Shown here piece after piece: positions 1 through 10,442 of a stretch of DNA of 20,000 bases (its first letter is position 1; each line of letters begins with the position of its first letter). The stretch covers positions 354,907 to 374,906 of the forward strand of contig WELA01003054.1 of NCBI GenBank assembly GCA_009602735.1. Reading direction: 5' to 3'. The notes under the pieces are model-generated. The model was given only the letters and a program-made list of their open reading frames with translations, ran no database searches and was not told the DNA's origin. The DNA is from Mesotaenium endlicherianum. Its lineage: Eukaryota. The translations under genes were made by a program, and so were the position numbers.

Positions 1-854
1 CCTCTCTAAAGGACTACGTGTCTACCCTCGAGCAAGACTGGGACATGTACTTGACCCCCCTCGAGTTTGCCTACAACACTACGCAGGCCTCTACCCAAGA
101 GTCCCCATTCTTCCTCAACTATGGCTTCCATCCGACCACGCCACTGAGCTTCACGGCTGGCCTTGATGAAGTACCTGCAGCCACAGATTTTATGGAGACA
201 TTAGAAGCAGCCCTTACAGCAGCGAAGAAAGCTCTACAACACGCGCAAGATGCTCAAGCAAGAGTGGCGAACAGATCCAGAAGAGAAATTCCGTACAAAG
301 CGGGTGACAACGTGTTACTATCATCCAAGAATATTTCCCTGAACAACAGGCCTGCCGGCAGCAAGTTCTCTCCCAAGTATTTGGGACCCTTTAAGATTAT
401 CCAGCAAGTCAACCCCGTTGCTTTCAAGCTAAAACTTCCCCAGACTATGCACATCGACCCCGTATTCCACGCTTCCCTCTTCAAGCCGTATGTGCAACCC
501 GACAACAAGTTCCCAGGACGTGTGACAACCCCACCAGCCCCAACAATAGTGGATGATCATTTGGAGTACGAAGTGGAAGACATAGTGGCTATGAGAAATT
601 TCAGGAGACAGCAGCAATACTTGATCAAGTGGAAAGGATATCCAGATTCGGAGAATAGTTGGGTGGCGGCGCACTACCTTGACAAAGTTCAGAGAATATT
701 GAAGCGCTTCCATGCCGCCAACCCCCATCTTGGACCAGCACCAAGTCTCTCTACTAGAAGCCCAAAAACTTCAAGGAGGCAGCCTGCCACCATCAAGAAG
801 CAGCAGAAGACCCCTTGGAGGCAGCCTGCAAGAACAAGAAAGAGAAAAAATTGA
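1..854 (+). mobile_element. Ty3/Gypsy chromovirus pol 3' end: integrase C-terminus, GPY/F motif and chromodomain (5'-truncated by window edge)
   Basis: The frame is open from base 3. It reads DWDMYLTPLEFAYN...SPFFLNYGFHP (integrase core end), KFSPKYLGPFKI...HIDPVFHASLFKPY (GPY/F region) and EYEVEDIVAMR...YLIKWKGYPDSENSW (chromodomain, ~564-713), then a basic tail. No PPT or TG-starting LTR is visible after the stop. Confidence 0.93.
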
Positions 855-862
855 CATTAGAC

Positions 863-1261
863 ACTCTTCTCTTCTTGCAGTTTCTCGACAGAAAACTAAA
901 ACTGCTACTGGTAATAGGTCCCTGCATAATAAATTCTGAAAATTTACCTGGCTGTAGTCCATGAGTAGCCGGTCATTTAGAGTCCAAGTTTGCTCAATTT
1001 GGAGCACTGGTGAGAGAGATATGATGCTCTAAGTAGAAGGGGGTCAGGCTGCTGGCATTGTTAGGGCAGAATATGCCTTCTGACATTGTGCCCTCCCCTG
1101 AACTTGGAATGCTTTGAAACTCAAGACTCTGGTAGAACATCTTACAGCGCCCATTTTGAGACTTAGTTTGCAGAATTTGGAGAAGTATAGAAGGACTTAT
1201 GATTTTCAAAAGTTTCTGCACATATTTGGAGGAGTGCCTACTCTCTCAGCTCTCAACGACA
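863..1261. repeat. Repeat B copy 1 (~399 bp, probable LTR terminal segment ending ...CAACGACA)
   Basis: Aligns with 2452-2850 at a constant offset of 1589. Both copies end at the same ...CTCTCAGCTCYCAACRACA, and the flanks then diverge, as expected at an LTR boundary. Confidence 0.85.
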
Positions 1262-1826
1262 AAAACAAGAGGGAGGAGAAAATGTGAATTACGTCTAAAT
1301 ATATGAGAAACATTTTTGGACTGCATGTTTGAAGCTGCCTTCTTCTTAAATTGGAAGATGGAGATATATTGCGTGCATGGGTTGCCTGAGAAGTTAATTC
1401 CTTCTATTGTGTGCGTTGTAAATGAGGAGCGAGATTATATATCTGGCTATTTAAAGCAAACACAGCGCTTGTATGTATGAAAATCATCTAAATATGACGG
1501 CGTCTCAATGTTCCTTCGCTTTGACAAAATACAAGTAAGCCAATAAAAATGACGTGAAGGTGACAAAGAGTACTCTGCACAAAAATTTGGCAAGAAGCAG
1601 TTGACTTTTTTTCTTGCAGTGTACATATCTCATCTTGATCTTTGTGAAAAGTAAATCTTCTGACCACCTGAAATTCAAAAAGTAGCACCATGACCACCAT
1701 TTGACCACAAAAAGAAAGTCTTGATTATTTTATTAACCAATAAATAACCCAATGCCTTCAACCTTTAGTACGATTACTTCCATATAGAGAGACACACGTG
1801 CTATGCAATTGTATGGTGGGACATGC

Positions 1827-2452
1827 TGTACTGAATCAGTATATTGGTAGATATAATATTTATTTAAATATAATAGTTAAATAAGTTCAAACAGCTGAAC
1901 TTTAGTTAATATTGAGTCTGTTGGACTTTATAAAATAATCAGTTTAATGACTCAGCCAGGAACAGCAAGCTAAAGTCAACTTAGGTCAGCTGACACATTC
2001 TTTGACAGCCAGCTGACTTCCGTACTCGGTAGCAGCGAACTGCCTAGATACGCATCTAAGTGTGATGTGCTAGATGAATGGCCAGATGACATCCTTTGCA
2101 TGGATGGCAATTTGAAATGATGGGAGATGGCGGTGGATTTGGTTAACCGAGGTCCTACCAACGTGGTTAACTCTTGTCGTTGAACAGTAAACTCATTCCA
2201 TGTACATATGCTAGGATTGCTCTCGAGTTCGGCACTCGGAACCGAGGCCAACTCTCTTGTACTGCTTACTGAGAGATATCTGGATCCAAGGCGAGAAGCC
2301 ATTGATATGCACTGTCTTCAGGCCTTGCTTATGTATGAGTTTGCTAATTGCATTATTGATGCTAGTTTACTTGCATTTGAAGCATTTGACTTGCGAGTAT
2401 CGTCCACCGCTAGTGTGTTGTCCTTTGCTGTTTTATCAATTAACAGAAAATA
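1827..2452 (+). mobile_element. LTR family A copy, lacking its last ~75 bp (strand label is relative)
   Basis: Starts TGTACTGAATC and is colinear with the reverse complement of the solo LTR from 7810 to ~7166. It then switches abruptly into repeat B. Confidence 0.85.
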
Positions 2453-2850
2453 CTCTTCTCTTCTCGCAGTTTCTGGATAGAATACTAAAATTGCTACCGG
2501 TGATAGGTATTTGCCTGATAAATTTTGAAAATTTACCTGGCAGTAGTTCATGAGTAGCCGGTCATTTAGAGTTCAAGTTTGCTCAATTTGGAGCACTGGT
2601 GAGAGAGACGTGATGCTCTAAGTAGAAGAGGATCAGGCTGCTGGCTTTATTAGGGCAGAATATGCCTTTAGACATTGTGCCCTCCCCTGAACTTTGAATG
2701 CTTTGAAACTCAAGAATCTGGTAGTATATCTTAAAACGGCCATTTAGAGACGTACTTTGCAAAATTTGGAGAAGTAGAGAAGGACTTATGATTTTCAAAA
2801 GTTTCTGCACATATTTGGAGGAGTGCCTACTCTCTCAGCTCCCAACAACA
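2452..2850. repeat. Repeat B copy 2, fused to the truncated LTR-A copy
   Basis: Direct repeat of 863-1261, ending ...CCCAACAACA. Confidence 0.85.
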
Positions 2851-3056
2851 CTCCAAAAATTAGAAAGCTCTCAAATTTGATGGCCCGGTAGATTTCTCCA
2901 ACGCAATCCGTCTGGCACAAAATTTTTCAGATTTGAAGCAATTGTGAAGACGCTATGAATTTTTGAATTCGTGGCAGATTCCGGGCCAACTTGTACAATT
3001 TTCTTTATCATCAAGGAGTAGGCTAGCCAATAAGGTCACACCACCCACGACCTTGC

Positions 3057-3185
3057 CTAGTCTACCTTACATGTGTAGGACCTGACTTGGCGCCTTTGAC
3101 TAATCCTCATCACATATGTGGCATCTGACTTAAAGCTGTTGACTAGTCTGCTCCACATGTGTAAAGACCTTACTTGACGCGCCGA
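3057..3185 (+). repeat. Three degenerate 43-bp tandem units in a retroelement 3' UTR
   Basis: Units 3057-3099, 3100-3142 and 3143-3185 share CTARTC...ACATRTGT...CT.ACTT...GA. Confidence 0.75.
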
Positions 3186-3203
3186 GACGTCGCTTTTTCT
3201 GTC

Positions 3204-3213
3204 GAGGGGGTGA
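3204..3213 (+). other. Polypurine tract of LTR element C
   Basis: GAGGGGGTGA lies immediately before the TGTAGTGA LTR start. Confidence 0.8.
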
Positions 3214-3716
3214 TGTAGTGATTTGAGTTGTACTATATTAGTTTGCATATATTTTAATAATTTTAAATATATTTGGAGTAGTATTGTGTGAAGTCAAGTG
3301 TGAATAGATACTCTAGTGACTTGGTTCATGTCCTTTGAATTTTCTAAGGCATTTTCGAAGTTAGAGGAAGGACCTAGAAGAACTCCATGTGACAAAAGTC
3401 AAATGTGCCATTTTTAGGTCAAAAGGACATGTGTACAGTATTCTAGAAAGAGGTGGCAAGTTTTGGGATGTGTTGGGTGCCAACACATTAACATGCACCT
3501 TCCTAGAAATTACTTACGTAGCAAGTATATAAACAAGAGCTAGAACGTAGAAAGACATTCAAGAATCACTCTTGCACTTGCCAAATTCCAGAAATATATT
3601 AACTATCAAGAAGCCATCTCTCTTTCAAGAAGCTACCACTTGTGTTCGAAGATCCTTGTCTTGAATAAATAAAGTGTTATATTTCTCTAAGTACTTTATC
3701 TATCTGTTTCACTACA
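3214..3716 (+). mobile_element. 3' LTR of element C (503 bp)
   Basis: Perfect 8-bp terminal inverted repeat TGTAGTGA...TCACTACA, preceded by a PPT. Contains a TATA-like TATATAAA (~3527) and AATAAATAAA (~3664), and directly abuts an interrupted integrase. Confidence 0.88.
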
Positions 3717-4660
3717 TTTAGGACACGCCAAAACTGTTGGCAAATTGGCAAAACATTATCACTGGGAAGAGTTGCCTCGGGAGGTCTTAAAGTATGTTAA
3801 GTCCTGTGATCAGTGTCAAAAAATTAAGTCTAGACACACACCACCTGGGGGGCTGTTACAACCACTACCCATCCCAGCTGGACGTTGGGAAACAATATCC
3901 ATGGACTGGGTGGTAAGATTACCAAGAATTGCCAATGGGCATGATTCTATACTGGTAGTAGTGGATAAACTGACAAAAATGGTCATTTTCATCCCCACAA
4001 CCATGTAGTAATTGCCCTCATGTCAATGTAACTGCCCTTGAAACTGCGAGATAGTTCTACAAGCATGTAGTATGCCAACATGGGCTTCCCATTAATATTA
4101 TCTCAGACAGAGACTCAAAATTTACCTCCAAATTCTCGAGAGTTTTAATGGAGTTAATGGAAATTAAGCAGTTGCTCAGCACAGCAAACCACCCTCAGAC
4201 TGATGGGCAGACTGAGAGACCTAACCGAGTTATGCAAGAGGTGCTGAGAGCATATATTAACAAAAAACAAGATAATTGAAATGACCTGTTGCCTCAAATT
4301 TGATTTGCGGTCAACAGTGCGGTGCATGCGTCTACGGGAAAGACTCTTTTTGTGAACCCAGTCCGAATAGAGTTCCCAAGTCTCCTTTAGATGTGCTAGG
4401 GGAGTCTTTAACTCATCTTGAGGGGATTGATAATCCAGTATCTCTTCAATTCATTCAGGAGTTTGCTGACACCCTGTCAGAACTCCAACAGAATCTGCAC
4501 AAAGCCCAAGAAAATCAACAAAAATATGCTAATCAACAACGTCGAGAGCTGACATTTTCTAAGGGCAATTTGGTCAAACTGCATTCTCAACACCTGTACC
4601 TGCCTAATGTGGTCAAGAAACTTGGTCCAATCTGGGTCGGTCCATATTCGGTGGTGGGTG
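3717..4660 (+). pseudogene. Degenerate Ty3/Gypsy integrase (HHCC remnant, DDE core, GPY motif)
   Basis: Reads LGHAKT...HYHW...SCDQCQK...PLPIPAGRWETISMDW...VVVDKLTKM, then after a frameshift near 4005-4022 IISDRDSKFTS...HPQTDGQTERPNR, and finally KLGPIWVGPY. Contains several stops and frameshifts. Confidence 0.92.
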
Positions 4661-5196
4661 GAAATAAATTTTGCTTGTTTAAGATAAATATATTTCATTT
4701 AAAGATATAAGATTAAAGATGGGTGGAAGCGTGTAAAATTAGGGAGCGATGTTTGCCCTTATAATAAATTCAGTTTACTCATCTATACCCCTTGATTCAC
4801 TTACCATAGTGTGCCATAGTTGCACACTAACACACGGCATAAGAAAGAGACTAACTTGAGGACTAGAGCTTCTATTTAGAAATTCATGGCCTTTTGCCTA
4901 CTAGTCATACAAGCAGGTATAAGCACATACACAACATCAGACGACTGAATAGCAGAGACACTCTCATTCAGATGACCCTAATGTAGCTAAAACACATCCC
5001 ACTAACTTAGGTGCAAACCATGGAATCTGACCGCTATGTGACCCCAAAGTGTCAGAGGGCATAACTCTCTCAATACGACTCCAAATTGAGCAAATTTAAC
5101 GGTAACGGACGTATCTTGACAAGACCTTTCCGAAAATTCCTAATTTGCTCTCTTTGAAGCACAGACAAAGAAGCCATGCCAATTTTGTGAAAGTTG

Positions 5197-5348
5197 GTCA
5201 TAATAACAAGTGTTGTGCATTATGAGGTCGGATGCATCTGATTTATGTAAGCAACACACAAGCGGGCAAGCAAGACTTGCTATGGTGAAAAGCGAAATGC
5301 ATGCGGCCTTATGGCCAAAAAGAAGGTCAGATGTCAAATATATTAATT
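5197..5348 (-). repeat. Repeat D copy 1 (~150 bp; probable LTR start related to the PHD-Gypsy)
   Basis: Direct repeat of 6346-6494, offset 1146 over the core (for example AAGCAACACACAAGCGGGCAAGCAAGACTTGCTATGGTGAAAAGC). Confidence 0.8.
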
Positions 5349-6345
5349 AGGAAGTGTGTACTCTCCAGAGTGAGCATCTCAAGATTGTAATCTGGTAGGA
5401 AAACAACTAATGAAGTCTGGCCCAAAAGATCACTGAAAGCACATCATGATCTTCAAGAGTAGTCCTATGGCAGGGTTTAAGCTGTGACTTTGCTCACCAC
5501 TTGTAAAGTTTTTCTAGTGACTGGAAGCCAGGAGGGCTTGCTCTTTACAAGAGAGAGACTCAGTGGTCTTGAAAACACAAGAGATAAAAGTGTAAGCTTT
5601 ACTGATAACTCTGTGGCTTACAGCTGGCATAATTGACTTCAAAAAAGATGTCTTTCTAAGTGCATCTACTGCTATATACTGCCTGCAAAACCGACGCTAA
5701 AGGCGGCGGATTCAATGCAAACAGTCACACTAGGAGGCTCTCTTAGGTCCACAAAAGTGGAGGTAAGGCACGTACTAGCTCTCCTATTGGCGAAGCATAA
5801 CACACACCAATCAAATATAGTGCAAGGAAGAGGATGCATGACTCTCATTGGCGGAGCTTATCTCGACCAATGCTACCTAGATAATGCCTCAAAAGTGGAT
5901 CTGAAACGTAAGAAAGCTTCCTCTAGGAATGAGTGATGCAGGCACTAAATTATAGTTCCAATGGTGCTCATATACTATGCTACTGCGTGCTAAGTGTACT
6001 TTATCAAGCTCGCGGATTTGTGTGCTAATGGCTAGAGGTTCTTGGAGTCGCGAAGAGCCAACAATGTGACCTTTGGGCACATTAAGTCACAAAGTGGCCT
6101 TTGGTGAAGTCCGCTAGGGGCCGGTAGGTGGCGCGGACTAGATCGCAAATATCTCGCTCGGCACTTGTCCAAACGGCGCGCAACCGATGCCGCTCGGAAG
6201 GTGACGCGACGCTCTACACTTTAACGATTTGGAATGCTAGCAAAGGTCAACATAAGAATGCGTGAAGCAAGGTCAAAGTTGGCCTTCCTAGGTCGACGGT
6301 CGACGCAGGTGTGTCTCGGCTGGGGCGACAATCCCGACCTAATGA

Positions 6346-6500
6346 GTCATGACAACTGTCGTGCATTATGACGTCGGACGCGTCTGATCTATATAAGCAA
6401 CACACAAGCGGGCAAGCAAGACTTGCTATGGTGAAAAGCAAAATGTATGCGGCCTTATGGCCAAAAAGAAGGTCAGCTGTCAAATATAATAATTCCCCCC
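6346..6500 (-). mobile_element. PPT (GGGGGGAA, 6493-6500) and start of the putative 3' LTR of the PHD-Gypsy; far LTR end not resolved
   Basis: A G-tract follows ~50 bp after the PHD finger on the minus strand. Homology to repeat D copy 1 begins at this PPT boundary. Confidence 0.6.
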
Positions 6501-6519
6501 AAGCTCTTAGTCTGCAGCT

Positions 6520-8789
6520 GATAATGCTACCGCTAGCTAAATCCGAGCAGTCACTATAGAACAGTCGCCAGCGGGGACGCGCTCCAAGGGGGGGCTGGCA
6601 GTCGATGTGGAAGCCAAGGTTGCAGCTATCGCAAAGCAGCATCTTGGCCTCCTTGCCAGGGCTGTGGCAGATCTAGCACGCCCAGTCCTTGGACGGCCGT
6701 GCGTCGCGGGGACGAACCTGCACATCAAGGTAAGGAAGGTGGCATGGACCACAGTTCTTCGTGTGGTCTTTGTGAAGAGAGCCATCTGCGCCTTCCAGCT
6801 TCAGTACTCCTTACGCCAAGGCACGCTTGACGCGCAGGATGATCGGCGAGTTGCTGGTGTCGAAGGTGTTCTTCGATTGGCGTCGCAGGTACACGAAGTC
6901 ACCTGCAGAAAATTGCAACACCCGAGGACGATAGGCTCCTCCACGAGTCATGGCATACCGCAGCGTGTCGCGATGCTGGGCGATACTGAGGTTGTCCATG
7001 GCCATGGGCATCAGGCGCTGGAAAAGCTGTGCACGCTGCCCGATAGGAGCACTCCATGTGTTGGGACTATCCAAGTCCAAGATACTCTTAGTGAAATGAA
7101 TCGACTTACCAAATAGGCAATTAACAATTAATAAAGATCTTTATATCAGCAGATAATCTTTATGGATTTTCCGCTAACTGATTAAACGGCAAAAGGACAA
7201 CACACTAGCAGCGAACAATACTCGTAAGTCAAATGCGAGTAAACTAGCATCAATAATGCAATCAGTAAACTCATACATAAGCAAGGTTAGAAGATAGTGC
7301 GTATCAATGGCTTCTTGCCTTGGATTCAGATCTCTCTCAGTAAGCTGTACAAGAGAGTTGGCCTCGTTTCCAAATACCAAACCGGGGAGCAGTACCTAGC
7401 ATATGTACATGGAATGAGTTTACTGTTCAACGGCAAGTGCGATGGCACCGCCTACCCGGGAGTTAACCACGCTGGCAGGACCTCGATTAACCAAATCCAC
7501 CGCCATCTCCCATCATCCTGAATCGCCATCCATCCTAAGGATGTCATCTAGCCATTCATCTAGCACACCACACCTAGATGCATCTCTAGGCAGTTCGCTG
7601 CGATCGAGTACGGAAGTCAGTTGGCTGGCAAAGAATGTGTCAGCTGGCTGACTTAAGCTGACTTCAGCCTGCTGCTTTTGGCTGAGTCATTAAACTGATA
7701 TTAAATATATTATCCAGCAGACTGACTATTAACTAGAGTTCAGCAGGCTGAACCTGATAAAACTTATATCTAAATGAATATTATATACACCAGTATATTG
7801 ATTCATTACACTTAGCCACGGTCCTGGCTACGGCTGGCAGGATCGGCTGGCGTCCGTGAAGGAGGAAGTAGGGAGAATGCGAGGCCAAGGAGGCCTGGCG
7901 ACTGAACCTGTATCCTATAGCTAGTTACGAGAGTGCGTCGTCCCAGTGGGTGCTGTCGTGGGTCAGGCAGTACTTGCACAGCCCCAGCTTGACGGTCTGC
8001 ACCATGTGCTCTGCAAGGTCGTCAGCCTGGGGGTGATTGCAGGAGGTGGTGCGGTGGTTGATCTTGGAGCGCTTCAGCAGCTTCTGAAAGCTTCCCTAGA
8101 ACTCCTTGCCCTAGTCGGTAAGCACCTCAGCGCAGCCGCCAAAACGGCTAAGGACCTGATCAAGGAACGCCTGAGCAATTCCCTCACTGGCCTTGCTGGG
8201 CAAGGGCACGAGCTTGATCCACTTGCACAAGTGCTCAATCATCACCAAGACGTAGAGGTTGCCTCGGGGGGACTTAGGTAACTCCCCAGCCAAGTCCCAT
8301 GACCACCTAAAGAACAGCCCCTGAATGGGCAGGGGGCTGAAGGCAACAGTGCGCGATGTGAAGCTCGAGCGCACGCGGTTGCATAGAGTGCAGCTGCTGA
8401 CGACGTCGGCCACGACCTTAGCCATGCTGTGCCACCAGTACTCGGCCTGTAGTAGGCTGAGAGTGCGCTTGACACTGAAGTGTCCAAGGGCCTCGTGAGT
8501 GGTGCGCACCAGCTGGCTGCGTATAGCAGGCTTAGGGACCACCAGGACGGAGCCGTCGGCCATCACACGCCTCAGCCGACCCTCCATGAAGACGAAATCC
8601 CGGCTGCGCTTGAGGACGCGGTCACGCTCCCTCGCATCCATGCCTGGCGCCAGCTCCTTAGCGGCGACGTACTGCAGCAGCGCGGCATCGTCCCACATGT
8701 CCTCAGGCCCGCGCTGCCGGCTTACCTGCTCTGCTGCTGCCGCCCACGCCAGACGCCTCGTGTTGACCACCACCAGGTCGCGGTCGGTG
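6520..8789 (-). mobile_element. Degenerate GC-rich Ty3/Gypsy pol fragment: integrase with C-terminal PHD finger, interrupted by a solo LTR
   Basis: HHCC: THEALGHFSVKRT...YWW...CTLC. Core: PLPIQGLFFRWSWDLAG...IEHLCKW...VLTD*GKEF...HPQADDLAE...SPYFLLHGRQP. After the insertion: AQHRDTLRYA...FSAGDFVYLRR. PHD at 6547-6678: C*ICHSPGKEAKMLLCDSCNLGFHIDCQPPLERVPAGD, frameshift, FYSDC. Confidence 0.9.
7092..7810 (-). mobile_element. Solo LTR, family A (719 bp), with 5-bp TSD CTTAG
   Basis: Ends are TGAAATGAATC and GATTCATTACA (11-bp inverted repeat, 1 mismatch). CTTAG occurs at both 7087-7091 and 7811-7815, and integrase coding sequence continues on both sides. Confidence 0.93.
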
Positions 8790-8982
8790 TTGCTTATGTA
8801 TGAGTATACTGATGGCATGATTGATGCTCGTTTACTTGCATTTGACTTGGGAGTATTGTCCATTGCTAGTGTATTGTCTTTGCTGTTAAATCAGTTAACG
8901 AAAAATACCATAAAGATTTACTTGTTGATATAAAGATCTTTTATTAATTGTTAATCGCCTATTGGTAAGTCGATTCATTTCA
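8790..8982 (+). mobile_element. Terminal ~190-bp fragment of LTR family A
   Basis: Reverse complement of 7092-7284, ending GATTCATTTCA. It truncates the PHD-Gypsy pol. Confidence 0.88.
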
Positions 8983-10442
8983 TCGTACCTTTTAGAATTA
9001 TTTATTAGGAATTTGGAAGTAAAGTTCTAGAGTGGGTCCATCTCGAAACCCACCTCAGTCGACATGAGATCACTTTCCATCGCTTTTCACGTCTATCAAT
9101 TCCGGGCTCTTACGCACTCCAAGATTTTTTTCAAGGTTGAGACTCCCCCTCTGTTGCTCTGTGTCTATACTCCTTGATTAGGTAGTTAGTTTTCTGATGT
9201 TGCTTGGGGCCCCTTACGCTAACATGCCTTGCGTCTCTTTATTGGATTTTGCATGTTGCCACCTTGTGACATTTCAAATTTCAGCAATAAATTCGTCAGT
9301 CATGTCATTTTATATTTCCACCAGCAAACTCCTGCACGCGTGATTGAGTATGTGGATGTCGGTGACCTGGTAAGTCCCGGTCTCTATAATACATCATTTG
9401 AGGAACCTGAATACTCCAGAATAATCAATGGCATTGCTCCAGAAAGAACACTCGAAGAGCCGAAGTTCTCGGTGACAATGGGCTAGAATTTGTCGAGCCG
9501 AACTTCATCAACCAGTCTCGATGCATATATGTGTAACACACGGCTCTATATCAGCCACGTGGCTCACCAACATAGGCATGACCCCGACTTTCTTTTATCT
9601 TTCACGGAAATCAAAACATTACAATTCCACAAAATGCTGAAAAAGTGTGTAAAGCAAAAAAAAAGGTGTTGCAAGGTGGTTACAAACGTGTGAAGAGTCC
9701 GACATAGGCGGCAGGCAGCGCGAGGCTGCTGCACCGGGCAGGTGTGCAGTGGTGTCAAGTGGTGTGGCCCTTCTTATGGTGAAGCTGGCTGCAGGCAGGG
9801 TAGCACCGATGCACACTGATGCATCCCTCGGAAGTCGTCACACTACAGCGGTATTGTTTACAGCGGTCTACTACAGTGTAGTATGTGGCACTTGCCTGGT
9901 TCTCATTAGATACATTTATAATAGGCTTCGCCTCTTATGTGTTATATACTTTCATTTGCTGAATTTAATCGAGCTACGTACTGTATGCTCTTCATAGCAA
10001 GGATGTCGGGTTGTGTGTCCTCTTCTATGTGAGCGGAAGAAACTGATCGCACCTTTTCCCCCCTCAACGGGCTTTCAATCTAAAGCTGCTGCAGATTTTT
10101 ATGATAGTGCCACATAATTTACCTCTGGACATTCGTTCTGGCTTGCTACGTTCTTATAGACACGGCATATAGCTTCTTCAATATTCAAGTCTCCAATCTG
10201 CAGTCTATAAATCTTCAAAGGTCCTCTCAGACATCGAGCTCATTCTGATTCAAATGTGTACTTCCCGAGGAGGTACTTGATAGCTCATTTCACGCTGGAA
10301 GCTGCAGTAGTTGATGTTCCCCCACCTTGGATAGCGTAAGTTTGTAAGGGCCTTCGGTGAATCTTAGTTGAGGAGGAGTAAGTCGTGGATTGGAGAGTGT
10401 TACATATGGTTACACCGGACATGCTTGGCCGGCTCTAGAACA

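Noticed and set aside
994..2810. Duplicated 75-aa ORFs (MQKLLKIISPS...) and similar short ORFs in LTR-A copies
   Set aside because: The similarity is explained by DNA repeat homology, and no protein motif is recognisable.
5197..6494. TRIM-like element with 150-bp terminal direct repeats
   Set aside because: No internal primer-binding site or PPT and no TSD. The only PPT lies outside and belongs to the PHD-Gypsy.
6607..8933. Plus-strand ORFs of 107-169 aa (6607, 7946, 8480, 8499)
   Set aside because: Antisense shadows of the GC-rich minus-strand integrase.
7092..8982. Composite TIR element carrying an integrase fragment
   Set aside because: The outer flanks (CTTAG and TCGTA) do not match, and the CTTAG TSD defines 7092-7810 as an independent insertion.
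9229..9997. Short ORFs upstream of SLP1
   Set aside because: No recognisable homology or consistent exon chain; likely promoter, UTR or intergenic sequence.
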